A stretch of 39,387 nt of DNA from Acidobacteriota bacterium (GTDB lineage Bacteria; Acidobacteriota; Vicinamibacteria; Vicinamibacterales; 2-12-FULL-66-21): contig JABFWM010000603.1 of assembly GCA_013362195.1 (NCBI GenBank), positions 1 through 39,387 of the forward strand, given 5' to 3'. Under the pieces are notes generated by a model, which was not told where the DNA came from, searched no databases, and worked only from the letters and a program-made list of their open reading frames with translations. Numbering within the stretch: the first letter of the stretch is position 1; each line of letters begins with the position of its first letter. Made by a program: the position numbers and the translations under genes. This document shows, one piece after another, positions 26,918 through 35,242 of the stretch.

Positions 26918-27784
26918 ATGCTCTCCCGGACGCGCGCGCGGCTGTGTGCCGTCGTCATGGCGGCGGCCGCAGCAGCGGCATGCGGCCGCGGCATCGGCTT
27001 GCTCAGCCCGCCCTACGAATACGAAGAAGATCTCACGCTCAGCCTCGATGGATCCGCGACGCTCGTCGTCAACGCGTCGATTCCCGCGTTGATCGCGCTG
27101 CACGGCCTGCCGCTGAATCCGGATCCGCGGACGCGCGCCGACGACCTGCGGCAGCGGCTGCGCGACGTCTACACCTCGCCGTACGCCGAGGTGATGCGCG
27201 TGAACACCTGGACGAAGTACGGCCGCCGCTTCGTCGGGGTGCGTCTCCGCATTCGCGACATTCACGCGCTGCCCGGGGCGGCGCCGTTCGCGTGGTCTTC
27301 GTACGACCTGCACCAGGAGGGCGGCCATCACGTGTTCCGCCACACGCTTCGGGCGGCAACGACGCCGCCCGGCTCGGTCGCGGCGGCGGGCTGGCGCGGC
27401 GACGAGCTCATTGCCTTCCGGGTGCACCTGCCGAGCCGCGTGCTGTTCTACAACGCGCGCGACGTCAGGGATCCGTCGCGCATCCGCACGATCGATCGCG
27501 GCAACATCATCACCTGGGAGCAGCGGCTTGCCGACCGGCTCGCGAATCAGCCGATTGCGTACGCGGAAGACCGCACGCCGAACGTCATGGAAACGCGGAT
27601 GGACAGCCAGTCGATCCTGTACCGGACGCTCTGGCTGTTCGGGTTGGCGTTCGGCGCCGCGATCGCGGTGCTCGCGCTGCTCATCTGGCTGACGATGCGG
27701 CGCGGACGGAAGGAAGCGGTTGGCCGGGGCGTCAGCCAATCGGCTTTAGATCCCGGGTCTTCTTCTCACCATCCGAGATCGTGA
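26918..27784 (+). CDS. Hypothetical lipoprotein with C-terminal TM anchor
   Basis: ATG 26918 gives MLSRTRARLCAVVMAAAAAAACG, a lipobox-like sequence. The C-terminal TM segment is LWLFGLAFGAAIAVLALLIWLTM. I recognise no family. The 3' end overlaps the convergent gene by 53 nt. Confidence 0.5.
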   Translation: MLSRTRARLCAVVMAAAAAAACGRGIGLLSPPYEYEEDLTLSLDGSATLVVNASIPALIALHGLPLNPDPRTRADDLRQRLRDVYTSPYAEVMRVNTWTKYGRRFVGVRLRIRDIHALPGAAPFAWSSYDLHQEGGHHVFRHTLRAATTPPGSVAAAGWRGDELIAFRVHLPSRVLFYNARDVRDPSRIRTIDRGNIITWEQRLADRLANQPIAYAEDRTPNVMETRMDSQSILYRTLWLFGLAFGAAIAVLALLIWLTMRRGRKEAVGRGVSQSALDPGSSSHHPRS

Positions 27785-29558
27785 GGCGTTCGGCGGCCGC
27801 TTCGATCCGCTGCAGGAACGCCGGATCGAACCACTCACCCTGCTCGACGTCGTCGAGCGCGACGAGGCGATAGTCGCCGGGCGGCAGCCCGCGAAGGTGA
27901 TAGACGCCGTGCTGATCGGTGCGCACCGCCTGAATCTGCCGTGAGTGCGGCCGCCACTGCTGCGGATCCGTCGAGAACGCGATCACCGCGATGGCCGCGA
28001 TCGGCGCGCCGCTGGCGTCGTGGACCGTGCCGCTCACGTCCGTCGCGCGATCCGTCATCACGACCATCACGTCGCCGACGTCCTGTCCGCTGCGGAGATC
28101 GATCGCCTGATCGGTCACCTCGCGTCCGGCGATCGAGATGGATTTGAGGGTCCACGGGCCGGTACCGCTGACGAGCAGGTAGTGCCGGCCGGGCAGAAGA
28201 TCGCGGACGGTGAACGCGCCGTTTTTCGCGGCACGTGCGCCTGAGGCGAGCGGGCCCGCACCCCGGCCGCCGGCGCCCCCTCCGAACGGCAGCGGCTCGG
28301 CGTCAGGCGCGTCGATGCGGAACGCGGAGTAGTCTGCGGGCGCGGCCGTTCCGGCGGATTCGATCGTGATGTTGCCCGAGAGCGACACACCCGGCTGGAG
28401 GGCGAGCGTCACGCCCGTCACGTCCTGGCCCGCCACGTTGACGGTCTGTGTGCCGACCCGGAAGGGGCTGGCCGGCGCCGCGAATGGTCCGCCGCCGGAT
28501 CGCGCCAGCGCGGTGTAGCGTCCTGGAGGAACGTTCCTGATGGCGAACGTGCCATCGGTCTGCGTGGTGCCGCGCAGGATCTGGCCGCGCACCATGCCGC
28601 CGGCGTCCTGCGGCGCGAGCAGAACCGGCGCCGGGCCGTCGACACCAACGACAACGCCGGACACCGTGGCCGTCGGCACGAGCTGCACCTGGACATCGAT
28701 CCCGGTCAGTTCCTGCGCGGGGCCAAGCGTCAGCCTTCCCGCTTCGGCGGCGGCCACGACGCCGGGATAGTAGGTGGGCGCGTAGCCTAGCGGTTCCGGA
28801 TCATCGGCGGGCGGCGCGCCAGACAGGGCGCCGCGTCCGCCGCGTCCGCCCGGTGCGGCGAAGGCGCCCGCCAGCTGCTGCAGACCGCGTCCGAGCATCT
28901 GTGCGAGAGCGCCGGCATCCGCGCTCACGTAGTAGTCGCCCGGCGGCAGACCGAACACGCGATACTGCCCGCGATCGTCGGACTGATCGCCGCCCGCCGG
29001 CGTGAGCTGCCGTTCGCCGCGTACGTACTGATACCGCTGCACCGTGACGAGCGCGCGCGCCAGCGGCTCGCCATCTTCGTCGAGCACGCGGCCGGTGATC
29101 ACGCCGCCGCGCACCAGCCGCAGGTCGATGCCCGCGACGTCCTGCCCGTCGGCGAGCTGGACGGGCGTGCCCGGCTGCAGCGGCCGGCGCTGGCCGAAGA
29201 TGGCGTCGACGAACCCGGTGCGCGATGCGGTGATCGTATAGGCGTCCGCCGCGAGCCCGGTGATCCGGAAGCGCCCCTGATCGTCGGTCGTGAGGGCGCG
29301 CGACTGGCGTCCTCCGGCGGTGACGAGGACGCGAGCGCGCTTGACCGGCCGTCCCGTGTCGGCGGTCAGCACGCGTCCGGCGATGACGGCCGTCCCTTGC
29401 GGCGCGGGTTGCGCATCGCGCGCCGGCCGCTGCGAGCGCGCCGCGACCTGCTCTTGCACCGTCTCCGGCGAAGGCTGTTGCTGAGCGATGCCGGCGGACA
29501 GGGTCAGTACGCACAGCGCGGCGACGATGGGGACATGCCGCATGTTCATTGAGACCAT
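27732..29558 (-). CDS. Secreted carboxypeptidase-regulatory-like (CarboxypepD_reg) repeat protein
   Basis: The signal peptide is MRHVPIVAALCVLTLSAGIAQQ. Repeated units of the type G.V....G.P...A.V.....................D..G.Y....L..G.Y are present (AGRVLTADTGRPVKRARV...DDQGRFRITGLAADAYTI and GRVLDEDGEPLARALV...DDRGQYRVFGLPPGDYYV). Alternative starts are at 29549 and 29543. Confidence 0.75.
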   Translation of the reverse strand: MVSMNMRHVPIVAALCVLTLSAGIAQQQPSPETVQEQVAARSQRPARDAQPAPQGTAVIAGRVLTADTGRPVKRARVLVTAGGRQSRALTTDDQGRFRITGLAADAYTITASRTGFVDAIFGQRRPLQPGTPVQLADGQDVAGIDLRLVRGGVITGRVLDEDGEPLARALVTVQRYQYVRGERQLTPAGGDQSDDRGQYRVFGLPPGDYYVSADAGALAQMLGRGLQQLAGAFAAPGGRGGRGALSGAPPADDPEPLGYAPTYYPGVVAAAEAGRLTLGPAQELTGIDVQVQLVPTATVSGVVVGVDGPAPVLLAPQDAGGMVRGQILRGTTQTDGTFAIRNVPPGRYTALARSGGGPFAAPASPFRVGTQTVNVAGQDVTGVTLALQPGVSLSGNITIESAGTAAPADYSAFRIDAPDAEPLPFGGGAGGRGAGPLASGARAAKNGAFTVRDLLPGRHYLLVSGTGPWTLKSISIAGREVTDQAIDLRSGQDVGDVMVVMTDRATDVSGTVHDASGAPIAAIAVIAFSTDPQQWRPHSRQIQAVRTDQHGVYHLRGLPPGDYRLVALDDVEQGEWFDPAFLQRIEAAAERLTISDGEKKTRDLKPIG

Positions 29559-29580
29559 ACGCTCGGGGGCCCCGTTGCGT

Positions 29581-29671
29581 TACGGCATACGGCATACTGC
29601 GGCACACGGCCTGCCTGCCGGATACGGCATACTGCTTACCGCATACCGCTTACCGCCAACTGCCCACTCCC
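29581..29671. repeat. About 13 in-phase heptamer units, consensus TAC(C/G)GCN, filling the divergent spacer up to the ZIP start codon
   Basis: The units read TACGGCA TACGGCA TACTGCG GCACACG GCCTGCC TGCCGGA TACGGCA TACTGCT TACCGCA TACCGCT TACCGCC AACTGCC CACTCCC, then GTG at 29672. The two well-conserved blocks are 42 nt (6x7) apart, so the phase is preserved. Confidence 0.85.
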
Positions 29672-30406
29672 GTGCATATCCTTGCGATCGCCGTCAGTCT
29701 CAGCATTCTCGGCAGCCTCGGCGGCGTGCTCGTCGCATCCTCGTTCCTGATGCTCGGCGATTCCATCCGCCTCAAGCTCGTGCCATGGCTGATCAGCTAC
29801 GCCGTGGGGACGCTCGTCGGCGTCGCGCTGCTCGCGCTCGTTCCCGAAGCGCTCGCGGAACTTCCGGCGCGTGTCGCCATGCTGACGATGGTCGGCGGGA
29901 TCCTCGCGTTCTTCCTGCTCGAGAAAGCCGTGCTCTGGCGTCACTGCCACGATGACGAGGCCTGCAGCGTGCACAGCACGGCCGCCTCGCTGGTGATCGT
30001 CGGCGACGCGTTCCACACGTTCGTCGACGGCGCCGTCATTGCCGCCGCGGTGCTGACGTCGGTGCCGCTCGGCCTCACGACCGCGCTCGCCGTGGCCGCG
30101 CACGAGATTCCGCAGGAGGTCGGCGACGTCGCAATCCTGCTGCGGGCCGGGTACTCGCGGTCGCGCGCGTTCACGCTCAACGTGCTGTCCGGGGTCGGCG
30201 GCATCCTCGGGGCGGCGGCGATGGTCCTTGCCTCGCGCGCCGTGCCATCCGCGTTGCCCTACGTCCTCGCCTTTGCCGCCGGGAATTTCCTGTACGTCGC
30301 GATGGCCGATCTCATTCCCGACCTGCACCGCGATCCGCGCGCCAACGACAGCGTACGGCAGTTGCTCCTCATCGGGGCGGGGATCGGGACGATCGCGCTG
30401 CTGTGA
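29672..30406 (+). CDS. ZIP family divalent-metal transporter (ZupT/GufA-like)
   Basis: The GTG 29672 start gives (M)HILAIAVSLSILGSLGGVLV. The signature AVAAHEIPQEVGDVAILL is present, as is a His/Cys-rich loop (WRHCHDDEACSVH). The ORF-track start at 29549 runs through the heptamer array. Confidence 0.85.
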   Translation: MHILAIAVSLSILGSLGGVLVASSFLMLGDSIRLKLVPWLISYAVGTLVGVALLALVPEALAELPARVAMLTMVGGILAFFLLEKAVLWRHCHDDEACSVHSTAASLVIVGDAFHTFVDGAVIAAAVLTSVPLGLTTALAVAAHEIPQEVGDVAILLRAGYSRSRAFTLNVLSGVGGILGAAAMVLASRAVPSALPYVLAFAAGNFLYVAMADLIPDLHRDPRANDSVRQLLLIGAGIGTIALL

Positions 30407-30409
30407 TGT

Positions 30410-30429
30410 GCCGGGTCGGAAGACCCGGC
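30410..30429. repeat. REP-like palindrome GCCGGGTC-GGAA-GACCCGGC, second copy
   Basis: It begins 4 nt after the ZIP stop. The stem is the same 8-bp stem as at 20203-20222, and both copies are followed by CT(A/G)C. Confidence 0.7.
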
Positions 30430-30512
30430 CTGCACGTGGCCACGCAGGGTGGATGTTAGCGAGACCGGCGACAATGCGGTCGCGACGGCTGGCTGCTTAC
30501 CGTCTACCGTGA

Positions 30513-31574
30513 CTACCGCCCCGCCGTATAGCCGCGGCGCGCGCGCACGTGATACGAAGACTGGCGCACCTCGACACGGATCGAGTGCCAGCGGCCGTCC
30601 TTCGCTCCCGCGGCCGGATACCCCATGTAGTACTGCTTGCTCAATTCGTCGGCGATCCCCGCCGTGGCCGGATCGAGATCGCGCGCGGATCGAATGATCT
30701 CGGTGCGGCCGCCGCTGTCGTCGGTGATGTCGCGAAGCGCCGCGACGTTGACGCGGTCCTCGAGGCCGTTGCCGCGCCAGCGCGGGTTGCCTCCGCCGCC
30801 GGGCCCCTGCGGCGGCTGCGGCGGCGGCAGCTGCGGTGGACGCCGGCCGGGAAACGGAAATGGAATCGGCATCCGCGGCGGCTGTCGCCGCTGGATCGGC
30901 ATCGGGTTGCTGATGTAGGTGAGGCCGGTGCCGTCGATCCCGACTGCGTACACGAGCACTTCCGTCTCGCGGATCAACTGCTTGACCGAGAACACGTCGG
31001 TGCGGCTGCTCGTGTCGTTCCCGTCGGAAATGATCACGACCGCTTTCTTGCGGTTGCGTCCCTGCTGCGCCATCTGCACCGCTTCCGCCACGGTGTCGTA
31101 CAGCGCGGTACCGCCGCGCGGGTGGATCCGCCCCAGCGAGTCACTGATCCGGCGCTTGTCCGTCGTCCAGCCTTCGACGAGCTCCGGCGCGTTGTCGAAC
31201 CGGTAGAGGAACACTTCGTCCTGCGGATCGAGCAGCTGGAACAGGAACCGATCGAGCGCCTGCCGCGCCGAATACATCTTCTCGCCGTCCATGCTGCCGC
31301 TCGTGTCGAGCACGATGCCGAGGCTCACCGGGACGCGCTCGCTGCTGAAGTGCGTGATGGTCTGCGGCTGTCCATCGTCGTAAACGCGGAAGTCGTCTTT
31401 CGTGAGGCCGGCGACGAACCGCCCGCCCGCGTCCGTCACGGTTGCCGTGACGTTCACGAGATCGACGCCCGTCCGGAACTTGAAGCCTTGCGGCTCCTGC
31501 GCGTCCTGGGCGACGAGCGCGCTTCCCGCCGCAAGCACCAACGCCGCCAATGTCAGCGAAGTCTGGGTCTGCAT
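30513..31574 (-). CDS. Secreted von Willebrand factor A (VWA) domain protein with Pro/Gly-rich linker and conserved C-terminal domain
   Basis: From the ATG (complement of 31572-31574) it reads MQTQTSLTLAALVLAAGSALVAQ. The MIDAS motif is VLDTSGSMDG, and ...GGTALYDTV...VIISDGNDTSS is also present. The C-terminus SKQYYMGYPAAGAKDGRWHSIRVEV is typical of acidobacterial VWA-related proteins. The 710-aa ORF-track version is an extension. Confidence 0.85.
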   Translation of the reverse strand: MQTQTSLTLAALVLAAGSALVAQDAQEPQGFKFRTGVDLVNVTATVTDAGGRFVAGLTKDDFRVYDDGQPQTITHFSSERVPVSLGIVLDTSGSMDGEKMYSARQALDRFLFQLLDPQDEVFLYRFDNAPELVEGWTTDKRRISDSLGRIHPRGGTALYDTVAEAVQMAQQGRNRKKAVVIISDGNDTSSRTDVFSVKQLIRETEVLVYAVGIDGTGLTYISNPMPIQRRQPPRMPIPFPFPGRRPPQLPPPQPPQGPGGGGNPRWRGNGLEDRVNVAALRDITDDSGGRTEIIRSARDLDPATAGIADELSKQYYMGYPAAGAKDGRWHSIRVEVRQSSYHVRARRGYTAGR

Positions 31575-31639
31575 GGTGTTCCCATGTGGTCTCGAGCGAA
31601 CGCGTGTTCGGCCACGTCGTGCCGGCAGCGCCGGGCCTG

Positions 31640-32419
31640 TCAGATGCCGGCCGTCGAGCGATCGCCGACGGCGGCAACGGCGCCGGGTTGCCGGCGATCG
31701 GTATGTGCGATGACCCGCCCGTCGTCGCCGCGGAAGCCGATGCGATAGCGCGCGACGTTCTCGGCCACCGGCACCGTGACGACAAACGGCGATTCGTCGC
31801 CGGGCGCGAGCGCGGTGACGTCGAGGAGCGCGCGGCCGCTCGCGAGAAACGCGCCGTTTGCGTCGAAGGCGAACGCAGTGACGGTGACGCGCGTCAGCAT
31901 CGTCCCTCCGCGGGGATTCTGCACCAGGCCGGTGATCGTGAGCGAGCCCGGCTGTCGTGCGTCGTGGAGCGACAACAGCTCGAGCGCGGGCGCGGCCGCG
32001 GCCGCCACCGGTTTCGCCGCCGTACTGACGCGCACCGTGGCGCGCTGTTGAGCGGACAGCGCGAACAGCACGACCGCTGCCAGCGCCAGCGCGACGCCGC
32101 TCATCACCGCCGCACGCGTCCCCCACGGCGATGCGTGTTCGGGCTCCGCGAACAGCGCCGAGGCGCTGACGGGCGCGTCGCGCAATGTGAGATCTGCGGC
32201 CGCGCCCGGCCGGACCGGGTGCGACGGCGCCGGCGGCGCAGGCGCAGGCGCAGCGGCGCGTCTTGTGCCGCCGTCGAGTTGCGCCGCCATTTCCGCGAGC
32301 GCCATCACGCGCGCGCCGGATCGCCGACGTTCGATGCGCAGCATCCGCCAGACGACGGTGCTGAGGATGCCGGCCATGGCCATCGATAACAGGGTGACGC
32401 TCACGAGTGCTGAATCCAT
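31640..32419 (-). CDS. Hypothetical two-TM membrane protein with C-terminal FxLYD-like beta-sandwich domain
   Basis: The start is the ATG at complement of 32417-32419 (MDSALVSVTLLSMAMAGILSTVVW). The second TM segment is AAVMSGVALALAAVVLFAL. The C-terminus SLTITGLVQNPRGGTMLTRVTVTAFAFDANGAFLASG...LAPGDESPFVVTV resembles the FxLYD / DUF4352-type pattern. This call is tentative. Confidence 0.5.
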   Translation of the reverse strand: MDSALVSVTLLSMAMAGILSTVVWRMLRIERRRSGARVMALAEMAAQLDGGTRRAAAPAPAPPAPSHPVRPGAAADLTLRDAPVSASALFAEPEHASPWGTRAAVMSGVALALAAVVLFALSAQQRATVRVSTAAKPVAAAAAPALELLSLHDARQPGSLTITGLVQNPRGGTMLTRVTVTAFAFDANGAFLASGRALLDVTALAPGDESPFVVTVPVAENVARYRIGFRGDDGRVIAHTDRRQPGAVAAVGDRSTAGI

Positions 32420-32563
32420 GGTGTTCCTGGAGGATGGCGGCGCGTCCGCCATCCTCCGCCTCTGCTCCGCATGACTCGATCCGCGTGGGCCGCCGCCCAC
32501 GCGCGCGCGCTCGGCGACCGCCGGCCGCGCCCTTCTCTCCGTCGCCTCGCGTGACCGCAGGCG

Positions 32564-33613
32564 CTAGCGCAACTTGAACTCCACTGCCACTTCCACGATC
32601 ACGTCCACCGGCACACGCAGACGCTGCGCCGGCGCGAACCGCCACTGCCGTACCGCGTCGATCGCGCGCTGATCCAATCCCGCGCCCAGTCCCTGCAGCA
32701 CCTTCACGTCGCCGACGGTCCCGTCGCGCCGCACGACGATCTCGAGCACCACGTCCCCTTCGATGCCGCGGCGGCGCCCCTCCTCGGTGTAGTCGGGACG
32801 CACTTCGCGCACCACTGATGGTGGGGTGATGCCGCTGCCCGGCCGATAGGGTCCGCCGCCGGTGCCGCCGCCCGACCCCGGCCCGATGCCGGCGCCGTCG
32901 CCTTCTCCGAGGCCAGTTCCCTTCCCGGTGCCGGCGCCGTTGCCATTGCCCGATCCATGGCTTTCCGGCACGGGGGCGGTTTCGACCGGGATTCCAATCC
33001 TGTCGCGCGTATCCGCCGCGACGGGAACCGCGGGGACGACGACGGGCGGCAACGGTTCGGCCTTGACCGGCGGGGGATTGCTCACCTTGACGACCTTGGG
33101 CGGTTCGACCGGCGGCGGAGGCCGGCGGACCGGCAGCGGACTGCGGATCGTACTGACGCCCTTGCGCTCGGCACGGGCCGCCGGTTTCGGTTCCTTCCGG
33201 CCGCCGCCTCCGCCGCCGCCGCCCGGGCCCGGCAGCGCGACGAACACCAGGCGCGCGTCCTTGCGCTCCTCCGCCGTGAGGCGCGCCTGCGGCTTGGCGA
33301 CCCCCATCGTGGCCAGGACGATCAGCACGCCGGCGATTGCCGCGGGGAGCGTTCCCGACATCGCCAGCGGGACGGCCGCGTCCCGGCGCATGTGACGGGG
33401 CGCCGCGAAGAGCGCGCGCTCTTCGATGACCAGACGATCGGTCAACCGACGGACGGCGCGGACCGCTTCGTGAACCGACACGAACTCGCCGTCGACCGCG
33501 TGAATGCGGCCCGACTTCAGCATCGCCCGGACGTCGGCCACCGGCACGCCCGCGGCGCGCGCGATCTCGTCCGCCGAGTACACGTCGGGGAGCGGAGCCT
33601 GGTCGAGGAGCAT
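32564..33613 (-). CDS. TonB-family energy transducer with N-terminal excisionase/MerR-like HTH segment
   Basis: The start is the ATG at complement of 33611-33613. The HTH-like segment is DVYSADEIARAAGVPVADVRAMLKSGRIHAV and the TM segment is LPAAIAGVLIVLATMGV. Gly- and Pro-rich linkers follow (GGGGGGGGRKEPKP and PPPPVEPPKVVKV). The TonB_C domain is PPSVVREVRPDYTEEGRRRGIEGDVVLEIVVRRDGTVGDVKVLQGLGAGLDQRAIDAVRQWRFAPA. An upstream GTG at 33736 cannot be excluded. Confidence 0.75.
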   Translation of the reverse strand: MLLDQAPLPDVYSADEIARAAGVPVADVRAMLKSGRIHAVDGEFVSVHEAVRAVRRLTDRLVIEERALFAAPRHMRRDAAVPLAMSGTLPAAIAGVLIVLATMGVAKPQARLTAEERKDARLVFVALPGPGGGGGGGGRKEPKPAARAERKGVSTIRSPLPVRRPPPPVEPPKVVKVSNPPPVKAEPLPPVVVPAVPVAADTRDRIGIPVETAPVPESHGSGNGNGAGTGKGTGLGEGDGAGIGPGSGGGTGGGPYRPGSGITPPSVVREVRPDYTEEGRRRGIEGDVVLEIVVRRDGTVGDVKVLQGLGAGLDQRAIDAVRQWRFAPAQRLRVPVDVIVEVAVEFKLR

Positions 33614-33903
33614 AAAGATAGAGGTCCGGCCGGCCTCGGGCGCAAAGGGCGTTCCATCGATTTTTCGGCCGTTCACCGCGAGATCTGTGGCGCGGCAGCC
33701 GCCCGGGCTGTCGTCGCCGAGAGACACGGTGTCCACAAACAGGGCGGGCCGAGTGAGGTCGCCGCCACGGCGCGTCTGAAGGCCCGCCGTGCCTGCATCG
33801 CGTGCCGGCCGGCTCTTGAGATCCGGTACCTCACGCAGGCCAGGTCTTTCGACCGGGCGTGAGGTTCTTCAAACCCGGCGGATCCGTGTGTTACAAACGC
33901 CGG

Positions 33904-34659
33904 ATGCAGTCAGTCATCGTGACCGGAGCGTCGAGTGGGATCGGCCGCGCCGCGGCGGCCAGGTTCGGGCGGGAAGGTGCGGCTGTGCTGGCGGTCGGCC
34001 GCGAGCGGGCGCCGCTCGACGATGTGTGTGCGGCAGTTGAAGGCGAAGGAGGCCGCGCCGCCGCGTGCGTCGCCGACATCACGGCCGCCGACGCGCCCGA
34101 CGCCATCGTCCGCGCCGCGCTGGACGCGTTCGGTACGCTGACGGCGCTCGTCAACGCCGCCGGCATCATTGCGTCGGGCACGATCGAGAACACCGGCGAT
34201 GCGCCGTGGGACGAGATGCTGGACATCAACCTGCGCGCGCCGTTTCGTCTGATGCGCGCGGCGGTTCCCGCGCTCGTTGCCTCGCGGGGCGCCGTCGTCA
34301 ACGTCTCCAGCGTCACGGGTCTGCGCGCGTTTCCCGGCGTCCTGGCCTACTGCGTCAGCAAGGCCGGCGTCGATCAGCTCACCCGGTGCGCGGCGCTGGA
34401 CCTCGCGCCGAAAGGGGTCCGCGTCAACGCCGTCAACCCCGGCGTCGTCGTCACGAACCTGCATCGGCGGTCGGGGATGTCGGAGGAGAGCTACGCCGCG
34501 TTTCTCGAGCGATCGAAAGAGACGCATCCGCTCGGCCGCGCCGGCCACGCCGAGGAGATCGCGGAGCTGATCGTGTTCCTTGCGTCGGATCGCGCCGGAT
34601 GGATTACCGGGGAGACGATTTCAATCGACGGCGGACGGCATCTCACGTGCGCCCGCTGA
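33904..34659 (+). CDS. Short-chain dehydrogenase/reductase (classical SDR, FabG-like)
   Basis: The cofactor motif is VIVTGASSGIGRA. Also present are NAAG and the catalytic S...YCVSK, plus PLGRAGHAEEIAELIVFLASD..WITGE. Confidence 0.88.
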   Translation: MQSVIVTGASSGIGRAAAARFGREGAAVLAVGRERAPLDDVCAAVEGEGGRAAACVADITAADAPDAIVRAALDAFGTLTALVNAAGIIASGTIENTGDAPWDEMLDINLRAPFRLMRAAVPALVASRGAVVNVSSVTGLRAFPGVLAYCVSKAGVDQLTRCAALDLAPKGVRVNAVNPGVVVTNLHRRSGMSEESYAAFLERSKETHPLGRAGHAEEIAELIVFLASDRAGWITGETISIDGGRHLTCAR

Positions 34660-35217
34660 CGGCGATCCGCGGCGTGCGCCTTCAGTGAAGCGGAGTCCTT
34701 CGCGTTCGGCGAGCACCCGTGCGGCGACGAAGCCGTTGCGGGTCAGCGCCGCGACGCCGCCACCTTCCGCATACGCCGGATCGATCTTTCGACCGCCCAG
34801 CCGCGCGCCAATCCCGCCGCGCGGCACGTCATCGATCACGATCGCGCGTCCGCCGTCGCGCAGCACGCGATAGACCTCGAGCAGCGTCCGAGCGCGTTCG
34901 TCGTCGGCCATTGTGGCGAGCACGCCGCGAATCACGACGAGGTCGAACGCCGCTGCCTCGTACGGCAGCGCACTCCATGGCGCGGACACGATCTCGACGA
35001 GCGCGCCTTCGCGCTCGACCGCCGCGGTCGCGCGCGCGATCATCGCGGCATCGGCGTCGACGGCGCAGGCGCGTCCCGTGAGTCCGCTCTTGATCGCGAG
35101 CGAGGCGACGAGCGCGGGATCGCTCAGCCCGAGGACGAGGACGCGATTGCCAAGCTTCGCGCCGGTCATCGTGAGTACGAGTGGTTCTGCCGGCGCTGCC
35201 TTCCGGAACCAGGCCAT
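34621..35217 (-). CDS. Class I SAM-dependent methyltransferase-like protein (motif I degenerate)
   Basis: From the ATG (complement of 35215-35217) it reads MAWFRKAAP...RVLVLGLSDPALVASLA...CAVDAD...FDLVVIRGVL...YRVLRDGGRAIVID. The strand order matches a Rossmann methyltransferase fold, but GxGxG is replaced by GLSDPA. It overlaps the convergent SDR 3' end by 39 nt. Confidence 0.55.
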   Translation of the reverse strand: MAWFRKAAPAEPLVLTMTGAKLGNRVLVLGLSDPALVASLAIKSGLTGRACAVDADAAMIARATAAVEREGALVEIVSAPWSALPYEAAAFDLVVIRGVLATMADDERARTLLEVYRVLRDGGRAIVIDDVPRGGIGARLGGRKIDPAYAEGGGVAALTRNGFVAARVLAEREGLRFTEGARRGSPSAGAREMPSAVD

Positions 35218-35242
35218 TCGTTGATGATATATTTTCACGGTT

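Noticed and set aside
27732-27784. A 53-nt convergent overlap between the hypothetical lipoprotein gene and the CarboxypepD_reg gene, and a 39-nt convergent overlap at 34621-34659 (SDR versus methyltransferase-like gene).
   Set aside because: The stop codons are fixed by the sequence, so the overlaps are real if both genes are real. However, the overlapping tails are short and unconserved-looking, and such 3' overlaps are common in compact GC-rich genomes. There is no evidence of a special function.
29559-29671. Possible Zur/Fur box upstream of the ZIP transporter.
   Set aside because: No AT-rich inverted repeat resembling known Zur/Fur operators is present. The spacer consists of direct heptamer repeats instead, which are reported as a finding.
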